From: an uncultured Oscillospiraceae bacterium
Lineage (GTDB): Bacteria; Bacillota; Clostridia; Oscillospirales; Oscillospiraceae
Assembly (NCBI GenBank): GCA_947628975.1
Contig: CANRBW010000001.1
Span: 1-31,686 of the forward strand
Length of the DNA stretch: 31,686 bases
Direction: 5' to 3'
Part shown: in pieces, positions 25,994-31,686 of the stretch
Numbering within the stretch: the first letter of the stretch is position 1
Layout: every line of letters starts with the position of its first letter
Position numbers and translations under genes: made by a program
The notes under the pieces: model-generated
What the model saw: the letters and a program-made list of their open reading frames with translations, nothing else
Database searches by the model: none
What the model was told of the DNA's origin: nothing

Positions 25994-27412
25994 ATGGCAA
26001 AACGGAAAAGCAACCGGGGCAATGGCAGCATTCATCTGCGGAAGGATGGCCGCTGGGAGGGCCGATATGTGATCGGTTATGATGAGAAGGGCCTGCCAAA
26101 GACGAAAAACGTCCTTGCCAAAACCAAGCGGGAGTGTGAGCGGAAGCTGAAAGAACTGCGCGCCAGCCTCAAGCGCGCGGAGCCGGAGCGATTCAAAGCG
26201 GACGTGACCTTCGGGGCATGGCTGGATCACTGGTATCAAACCGACTGCAAGCCCGCCATTCGTCCCAAGACCCAGGCAGACTACGAAAACCGCGTCTATC
26301 AGCATATCATCCCGGAGCTGGGCCATATCCCGCTGGCCAAACTGACCCCAGGCGACCTCCAGCAGTTCTACGTCCGGCTCAAGCGGGGAGGGCGGCTCCT
26401 TCGCGCGAAGGAGTATGGCCCCGGCCTCTCCGACCGCATGGTGAAAAGCTGTCATGTGACCTGCCGGGTGGCGCTGGACAAGGCGGTGGCCCAGGGGCTG
26501 ATCCCGAAAAATCCCGCCGCCGCCTGTAAAGCTCCGGCGACCCACCCCAGGGAGATGCAGGTGCTGACACAAGACGAGATGCGGCGTTTGCTGATCCAAG
26601 CCAAGGAGGACGGGTGCTATGAGCTCCTTCTGCTGGAGCTCTCCACCGGTCTGCGCCGCGGGGAACTGCTGGCCCTCCAGTGGGACGACCTGGACCTTGC
26701 CACCGGAGAGCTGAGGATCGAGCGGCAGGTGCAGAGGGTGAAGGGGGCGTTGACCGTCACCCAGCCCAAGACCAGGGCGTCCAGCCGAAGCGTCATCCTT
26801 CCAGCCCCAACCTTGGACGCCCTGAAGAGCTACCGGCAAAGGGTGGATTCCCGCTGGATATTTCCCTCGCCGGTCAAAAAGGACTCTCCCCTGGACCCCG
26901 CGGCGGTTCGGAAGAAGCTGTCCGTCGTTTTGGAGCGGGCGGGCTGTAAACACGTCCGTTTCCACGACCTCCGCCACACCTTTGCCACCAATGCCCTGGA
27001 ACACGGCATGGACGTGAAGACCCTGTCCGCCATCATCGGCCACGTCTCCAGCGGCACCACGCTGAACGTCTACGCCCACGTCACCGACGAGATGCGCCGG
27101 ACGGCGGCGGCAAAAATCGACCGGGCCATCGCCAAGGCAGAGCCGCGGCCGGAGACGTCAGCCCCCAAAAAGCGCACGCAAACCACATTCCAGGCGGTCA
27201 AGGGCAAATACCGCAAGCCCGGCACCGGCTATGTAAAGCAGATCAGCCCCAACTGCTGGCAGGGCCGCTACTCCCCCAAGGTCAAGGGCAAACGCCTCTC
27301 CCGCAATGTCTACGCGCCGACTGAAGCCGCGTGCGAGGCCAAGCTGGCGGAGCTCATCGGGCAGATGAAAGCTGAAATTTCCGCTGTCAGCGCCCAGGAT
27401 CACGCAAGCTGA
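25994..27412 (+). CDS. Tyrosine integrase 2 (472 aa) with extra C-terminal arm-binding-like domain
   Basis: Own RBS AGGAGG and ATG; intact R (TGLRRGE), K (QPKT), HxxR (FHDLRH), H (IGH) and Y (LNVY). Confidence 0.93.
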   Translation: MAKRKSNRGNGSIHLRKDGRWEGRYVIGYDEKGLPKTKNVLAKTKRECERKLKELRASLKRAEPERFKADVTFGAWLDHWYQTDCKPAIRPKTQADYENRVYQHIIPELGHIPLAKLTPGDLQQFYVRLKRGGRLLRAKEYGPGLSDRMVKSCHVTCRVALDKAVAQGLIPKNPAAACKAPATHPREMQVLTQDEMRRLLIQAKEDGCYELLLLELSTGLRRGELLALQWDDLDLATGELRIERQVQRVKGALTVTQPKTRASSRSVILPAPTLDALKSYRQRVDSRWIFPSPVKKDSPLDPAAVRKKLSVVLERAGCKHVRFHDLRHTFATNALEHGMDVKTLSAIIGHVSSGTTLNVYAHVTDEMRRTAAAKIDRAIAKAEPRPETSAPKKRTQTTFQAVKGKYRKPGTGYVKQISPNCWQGRYSPKVKGKRLSRNVYAPTEAACEAKLAELIGQMKAEISAVSAQDHAS

Positions 27413-27478
27413 GCGGGCCGTGGGATCCATAGAAGCGAGGTGAGGACTGGGATGTTTGATGGGCAAAGAGTTTTCCCG

Positions 27479-27512
27479 TCTGTGGCATGGTGTGTGGTCA
27501 GCTGAAAAGTCG
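27479..27512 (+). promoter_or_regulatory. Candidate integrase arm-type sites, right end
   Basis: TCTGTGGCATGGTGTGTGGTCAGCTGAAAAGTCG, a degenerate direct repeat of 21593-21623. Confidence 0.5.
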
Positions 27513-27539
27513 TGGCGGTAAAATCCGCCAAAAAGTTAA

Positions 27540-27575
27540 AAAAGTCGCCGTTTTCACAGGAAAACGGCGGCTTTT
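27540..27575 (-). terminator. Island-supplied terminator for tRNA-Val (probably bidirectional)
   Basis: Minus strand AGCCGCCGTTTTC-CTGT-GAAAACGGCGACT followed by TTTT, immediately after CCA. Confidence 0.7.
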
Positions 27576-27576
27576 T

Positions 27577-27653
27577 TGGTGGACGATACAGGACTTGAAC
27601 CTGTGACCTCCCGCACGTCAAGCGGATGCTCATACCAGCTGAGCTAATCGTCC
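27577..27653 (-). tRNA. tRNA-Val(GAC)
   Basis: 77 nt GGACGATTAGCTCAGCTGGTATGAGCATCCGCTTGACGTGCGGGAGGTCACAGGTTCAAGTCCTGTATCGTCCACCA; stem TCCGC/GCGGG, loop TTGACGT, encoded CCA. Confidence 0.96.
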
Positions 27654-27666
27654 GAACAGCTTGTAT

Positions 27667-27695
27667 AGTATACCGCGTTTCCGCCCCGCTGTCAA
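27667..27695 (-). promoter_or_regulatory. tRNA-Val promoter
   Basis: Minus strand TTGACA-N17-TATACT followed by a short leader. Confidence 0.85.
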
Positions 27696-27819
27696 GAGCC
27701 AAGCCGGGAAAAACTCCATTTCTCCATCGGGTTTCCGACGATACCGGACAGTTTTGCGGAGACTGGGGAGGAAGCGGGGGCGGCGGCGGAAAAATTTTCG
27801 GAAAAATCCGTTTTCCCTC

Positions 27820-27848
27820 TTGCAAGATAGGGGGGACTGTGATAGAAT
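27820..27848 (+). promoter_or_regulatory. tRNA-Pro promoter
   Basis: TTGCAA-N17-TAGAAT with TGn extension. Confidence 0.8.
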
Positions 27849-27882
27849 ACCCTAGTCCCTTGCGAGAGGGAGAAGTGAATAT

Positions 27883-27959
27883 CCGGGTGTGGCGAAGTTT
27901 GGTATCGCGCTTGACTGGGGGTCAAGAGGCCGTGGGTTCAAGTCCCGCCACTCGGACCA
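27883..27959 (+). tRNA. tRNA-Pro(GGG)
   Basis: 77 nt; acceptor CCGGGTG/CACTCGG, anticodon stem CTTGA/TCAAG, loop CTGGGGG, T-loop TTCAAGT, encoded CCA. Confidence 0.96.
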
Positions 27960-28004
27960 CAATATGACGTGGACATGGAGTACTCTGTGACTATGCCACC
28001 ATCG

Positions 28005-28041
28005 GAAAAACATCCCTGTTTCTAGGGATGTTTTTCATTTT
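28005..28041 (+). terminator. Terminator downstream of tRNA-Pro
   Basis: GAAAAACATCCCT-GTTTCT-AGGGATGTTTTTC followed by ATTTT. Confidence 0.75.
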
Positions 28042-28220
28042 TGTCATTTCAACCGCAGCGATACAGGGCCATGAACATAAAAATCCTGCACCAAGAACTC
28101 ACTCATCCCATCTTTGTATGGATAAAGCCCACTTGTGTGGAATTGGTGCAATTCACACGGGAAATAATTGGCGCAGAAAATAAGGGAGGCGTTTTCAATA
28201 TTTGTGAGCCTTTTGCCATG

Positions 28221-28255
28221 AAAAGGGCGGCTGGAGTCAAAACTCTAGCCGCCCT
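28221..28255 (-). terminator. Terminator of the serine recombinase operon
   Basis: Minus strand AGGGCGGCTAGAG-TTTTGA-CTCCAGCCGCCCT followed by TTT. Confidence 0.7.
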
Positions 28256-28272
28256 GCGCCGATATTTAGATG

Positions 28273-29565
28273 TTAGATCGGCACCGTTACCTCGCGTCCA
28301 TCCGTTAGGAGGTATGATGCTTGCCTTCCGTTTTGGATTGTTACGCTCTCAATCATCTCGCGCCAGAGGGTGTCAGAGAACTCTGTCTCCGGTTGCCCCA
28401 GTTGTTTCAACGCATTCAAAAAGCTTGCTTTGATCTCGTCTTCGCGGAGCGTAGGAGTCTTGCACTGGCTTTCACTATTATAACGATGATTACAATACCA
28501 TACATCGTAGCGGTTTCGGTTTTTGCCTCCGCTACGCCAGACCTTATGCCCGTAGAAGGCCCCACAATCGGCGCAGACGAGCCGGTTCGCAAAGGGGCTA
28601 TCCATGCCCGCCTTCTTCGGACGGGCGCTACGTCGGCGCGATAATTCGCGCTGGACGCGCTCGTAGACATCAGGAGCGATAATAGGCTCGTGGGAATTGG
28701 TAACCATATAGCGGATTTTTTCGCCCGTATTTTTACGTACTTTTTTGCTCAAATAGTCTACTGTATATGTTTTCTGAAGAATGGCATCGCCCTTGTACTT
28801 CTCATTTCTTAAAATACTGTTTACCGTGCTTATTCTCCATTTAGTTTTGCCACCAGGAGTAGGAATACCACGAGCGGTCAAATCTTCGGCAATCTGGCTG
28901 ATGCTCTTCCCGGCAAGGAAGTCTTCGTAGATCCCTCTCACAATTTTTGCCTCTTCTTCTACAATTTCAGGGCGTCCATCTGGCCCTTTGCAATACCCCA
29001 GAAAGTGAGAGTAGGCCAGCGAAACTTTCCCGTCCTGCATGCTCTTCTGTTTGCCCCAGCGAACATTTTCGGAGATAGAGCGGCTTTCCTCCTGGGCAAG
29101 ACTGCTCATGATTGTGAGCATAACCTCACACTTGGGATCGAGGGTATGGATGTTTTCTTTCTCAAAGTACACCTCTACATCCTTTTCCTTTAGATCACGC
29201 ACTGTTTGGAGTGTATCTACCGTATTACGGGCAAACCGGGAGATGGATTTCGTTAGGATCAGGTCGATGCCGCCGTTCAGTGCCAGCGCAATCATTTTGT
29301 TGAAACCGTCGCGCTTTTTGGTATTTGTGCCGCTAATGCCCTCATCCGCGAACACGCCCACAAATTCCCAACTCGGATTATTCTGGATGTAGTTGGTATA
29401 GTACTTTACTTGCGCCTCATAACTGCTCTGTTGCTCATCCTGCTCAGTAGAAACCCGCGCATAGGCTGCTACCCGCAGCTTTACAGGCTCCAGATTTTGC
29501 TCCTGCTCAATCAAAACCCGTACAGGTTGGATGATTTTTACGTTCGGTGCCAGATTTGTGTTCAT
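28273..29565 (-). CDS. Large serine recombinase (catalytic, recombinase and Zn-ribbon domains), 430 aa
   Basis: RVAAYARVST (catalytic Ser), FADEGISGT, KSISRFARNT, SLAQEESRSISEN, ILRNEKYKGD, CADCG...WYC. ATG 29565 overlaps the upstream stop (ATGA); RBS GAAGGAGG. Confidence 0.93.
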   Translation of the reverse strand: MNTNLAPNVKIIQPVRVLIEQEQNLEPVKLRVAAYARVSTEQDEQQSSYEAQVKYYTNYIQNNPSWEFVGVFADEGISGTNTKKRDGFNKMIALALNGGIDLILTKSISRFARNTVDTLQTVRDLKEKDVEVYFEKENIHTLDPKCEVMLTIMSSLAQEESRSISENVRWGKQKSMQDGKVSLAYSHFLGYCKGPDGRPEIVEEEAKIVRGIYEDFLAGKSISQIAEDLTARGIPTPGGKTKWRISTVNSILRNEKYKGDAILQKTYTVDYLSKKVRKNTGEKIRYMVTNSHEPIIAPDVYERVQRELSRRRSARPKKAGMDSPFANRLVCADCGAFYGHKVWRSGGKNRNRYDVWYCNHRYNSESQCKTPTLREDEIKASFLNALKQLGQPETEFSDTLWREMIESVTIQNGRQASYLLTDGREVTVPI

Positions 29566-30180
29566 TCGTTGCCCTCCTTTCGATGATGTTTCAACGCATA
29601 CTCTCGCGCCACTTGGCGCATTTCCGGTGTCCATCTCTCGCTGCGGGAGCGGTGCTGCCATTCAATTTCTCTTATCGTTCCATCCTTAAAATGGTAGGCC
29701 AAATGATTGCGCCCCGGTACAATGATCCCATTCAACCTTTCCAATATCACTTCGCGTGTTAGCGTATCAGTGGCGAGGATTTCCTGGGTTTTCTCAATCA
29801 AGATCTTCTCTGGGACCGCTTGCGCTGGGCATACCGCTTTACCCAGTTCATCATATCTTCGGCACGTCCATATAAAGTGACGGTACTTGCCCGAACCGTT
29901 ATTGCGGCGGCAGTAAGCACTACCGCATAACCCGCATTTGACCAGCCCCGTAAATAATTTGGGCTCACTCCTAGCAGGCTGGTTATTCTTTTCTCCTTTG
30001 CGACACAGTTTTTGCTGTACACGGTTAAACTCATCAAGGCCAATAATCGCCTCATGACTGTTCGTGACTTCATATTTAGGCACCTGTCCATGATTCACAA
30101 TTTGCCGCTTAGTGCGAAAATCCGGGCAGTACGTCTTTTGCAAGATCATACTCCCGGTGTATTTTTCATTCTTCAATATA
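29562..30180 (-). pseudogene. 5'-truncated large serine recombinase (catalytic domain lost)
   Basis: ILKNEKYTGSMILQK...NSHEAII...FTGLVKCGLCG...WTC...C. Sequence upstream of ~30180 belongs to the WG-repeat gene. Confidence 0.88.
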
Positions 30181-30456
30181 GCCGTACTTGTCCTCCATCC
30201 GCACCGCGGCCAGACCCTCGGAGAAGTCGGCGGCCTCGGCATACTGGCGGGGGGTGACCACATTGCCGGCTTTGTCCATGTAGCCCCAATTGTCGTCCCG
30301 CATCACTGCGACCAGGCCCTCGGAGAAGCCGGAAACCTCGAAAAACTGGCATGGGACGACCTCGGTGACGGTGATCCCCGCCGCCAGCGCCGCGGTGGGC
30401 AGCAGGGCGCACCCCAGCGCCACCGCAAGGGTCAGGGCCAAAAGTCTTTTTTTCAT
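30166..30456 (-). pseudogene. 3'-truncated secreted WG-repeat protein
   Basis: RBS AAAGGAGG; signal peptide MKKRLLALTLAVALGCALLPTAALA; FSEGLVAV...WGYMDKAG and FSEGLAAV...YGYI repeats, then an abrupt stop after entering recombinase DNA. Confidence 0.85.
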
Positions 30457-30485
30457 GTTTTTTCCTCCTTTGAATTTTTTCCAAC

Positions 30486-30647
30486 AAAAAAAGCGCACGG
30501 CATAGAGCCATGCGCCGAAAAACGCCGGTCTCCATGCCGCCAAGCAACCAATCTCTCACATGGCAAAGCCACAAGAAATCAGTGAAGACCACGTTTTTAC
30601 CAAAAAAACGTGCTCCACCATGTGAGAGTGATATTTAGTTGCTTGGC
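30486..30647 (-). ncRNA. Candidate structured 5' leader/attenuator RNA
   Basis: Nested perfect stems of 10, 11 and 9 bp, plus a terminator with U7 and an overlapping alternative helix; begins ~7 nt after a TGn-TATAAT. Confidence 0.55.
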
Positions 30648-30653
30648 AAAGGT

Positions 30654-30682
30654 ATTATATCACAGCAACGGCGGAAAAGAAA
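30654..30682 (-). promoter_or_regulatory. Extended -10 promoter for the leader and WG gene
   Basis: Minus strand TGA-TATAAT (30659-30654); weak -35 TTTCTT at 17 nt. Confidence 0.55.
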
Positions 30683-30764
30683 CCCCTTTCCCGCAAAAAA
30701 ACCGGTGGGCCGGGGGAGCTTGCGGGGGCCTTTCAAACGCGGACGTCTGTCGTTTGGACGAGAA

Positions 30765-30796
30765 AGATCCCTGAAGCCTTGCGGCTTCAGGGATCT
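30765..30796 (-). terminator. Terminator of the SLH gene
   Basis: AGATCCCTGAAGCC-GCAA-GGCTTCAGGGATCT followed by TTC on the minus strand. Confidence 0.75.
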
Positions 30797-30818
30797 GCTC
30801 TGCCCGTTTTCGGGGGGC

Positions 30819-31686
30819 TTATTTCGCGACGTCCTCGCAGAAGCGCATGAAGATGGTTGCGAGCTGGGCGCGGGTGGAGTCGCCGGAGGGGCTGAGGGTG
30901 GCGGCGCTTGTGCCCTCGATGACGCCCGCGGCGACCGCCCATTTCATCTCGGTATCGGCCCAGTCGCTCACCGCTTCGGCGTCGGTATAGCCGGCCAGGT
31001 CGGCCAGGCCGGTGACGTCGTAGCCCTTCCAGGCGGCGTAGCGGTAGAGGATTGCGGCCATCTGCTCCCGGGTGATGGCGTCGTTCGGGCCGAAGGCGCC
31101 GCTGCCGTAGCCCTTGACCACGCCGTTGGCGGCGGCCCAGCTGATGGCGGCGGAGCACCACTGCCCGGCGGGGACGTCGGGGAACCGGGTCTCCTCCGTC
31201 CCGGCGGGCCGCCCCTCCAGACGGTGGAGGATGGTCACCATCTCCGCCCGGGTGGTGATGCCGCTGGGGTCGAAGAGGTTCTCGGCCTTGCCCAGCATCA
31301 GCTGCTTCACGATGACGTAGTCCACGCCCAGGTGATACCACTGGCTCTGGTCAACATCGGTGTAGTGGCGGGAGGGGCAGGTCGGGCCGCCGTCGCAGAC
31401 CGTGGAGTCGCTCCTGGAGGTGTGTCTGGCGCTCGCCCACTGGGCGGTGTAGGTCAGGTCGGCGGTCACCGCCACAGCGTCCCCCGCCTTGTAGAGGGTC
31501 ACGCCGCCGTCGGCGGACCAGCCCTGGAAGCGGTAGCCCGCCCTGGTGGGGTCGGCGGGGAAGGGGAACGTGCCGCCCTCCTGGACCGTGGTGGTGGCCA
31601 AAAAACCGGCCCCGGCGGCGCCGCCGTTCAGCTCCAGGGTGACGGTGAAGGTCTTGGGGGCGGCCACCGGCTCATACTGGGCGGTG
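30819..31686 (-). CDS. SLH-domain surface protein, C-terminal part (InlB-B/Listeria-Bacteroides-type repeat plus three SLH domains); starts beyond the window
   Basis: FTVTLELNGG...PADPTRAGYRFQGW; SLH repeats TDVDQSQWY...TRAEMV, FPDVPAGQW...TREQMA, YTDAEAVSDWA...TRAQLA. Confidence 0.92.
   Translation of the reverse strand, partial: TAQYEPVAAPKTFTVTLELNGGAAGAGFLATTTVQEGGTFPFPADPTRAGYRFQGWSADGGVTLYKAGDAVAVTADLTYTAQWASARHTSRSDSTVCDGGPTCPSRHYTDVDQSQWYHLGVDYVIVKQLMLGKAENLFDPSGITTRAEMVTILHRLEGRPAGTEETRFPDVPAGQWCSAAISWAAANGVVKGYGSGAFGPNDAITREQMAAILYRYAAWKGYDVTGLADLAGYTDAEAVSDWADTEMKWAVAAGVIEGTSAATLSPSGDSTRAQLATIFMRFCEDVAK

Larger units (their letters stand above)
21435..27621. mobile_element. tRNA-Val-integrated element with tandem tyrosine integrases (6141-bp unit)
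   Basis: Exact 46-bp direct repeats; integrases next to the intact tRNA; visibly lower GC than the flanks. Confidence 0.95.
27960..30180. mobile_element. Remnant of a serine-recombinase element beside tRNA-Pro
   Basis: Abrupt low-GC segment with two tandem large serine recombinase genes, the upstream one truncated. No second att copy in the window. Confidence 0.7.

Noticed and set aside
28041-28670. Small ORFs 28041-28433+, 28321-28644+, 28416-28670-
   Set aside because: They overlap the recombinase or its terminator and have no recognisable motifs.
29562-30263. 233-aa intact recombinase as called in the ORF track
   Set aside because: Its first ~27 residues come from an out-of-frame part of the WG-repeat gene; the catalytic domain is missing.
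27960-31686. Duplicated tRNA-Pro 3' end (att repeat)
   Set aside because: No second copy was found by eye in the window, so a tRNA-Pro att site cannot be supported.
1-31686. CRISPR array, rRNA, DGR/retron, group II intron, intact IS transposase
   Set aside because: No regularly spaced repeats outside coding repeats, and no reverse transcriptase, Cas, rRNA-like or DDE transposase sequence was recognised.

Overview
GC-rich chromosomal window from a spore-forming clostridial Firmicute; an Oscillospiraceae-like host is inferred from gene content, SLH proteins and codon style. Positions 1-21.4 kb are mostly housekeeping genes: recA (partial), prmC, DUF1385, a Zn-ribbon/Ig-like membrane protein, a GltD-like oxidoreductase, an XpaC-like protein, a VanW/G5 protein, cysteine desulfurase, RidA, PTS-IIC-like, SuFu-like, yabP-yabQ-divIC-yabR, an orphan DUF4157 (eCIS-core) protein, a frameshifted amidohydrolase, fumarase alpha, hpf, glf and a GT2. 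A divergent tRNA pair, Val(GAC) and Pro(GGG), has mobile DNA at both 3' ends. (1) A 6.1-kb element sits in tRNA-Val with exact 46-bp direct repeats (21435-21480, 27576-27621). It carries a Fic protein, two surface-protein gene fragments, a DUF1653-like/HTH protein and two tandem tyrosine integrases. Here a 1-nt insertion fuses the two integrases into one ORF, and the second has an extra arm-binding-like domain at its C-terminus; matching candidate arm sites lie inside both ends. (2) A remnant of tandem large serine recombinases follows tRNA-Pro and is joined at an 8-bp junction (candidate microhomology) to a truncated WG-repeat surface-protein gene. That gene has a highly structured ~160-nt leader with a terminator/antiterminator pair. 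The window ends in the 3' part of an SLH-domain gene. No searches were run: family calls rest on recognised motifs.
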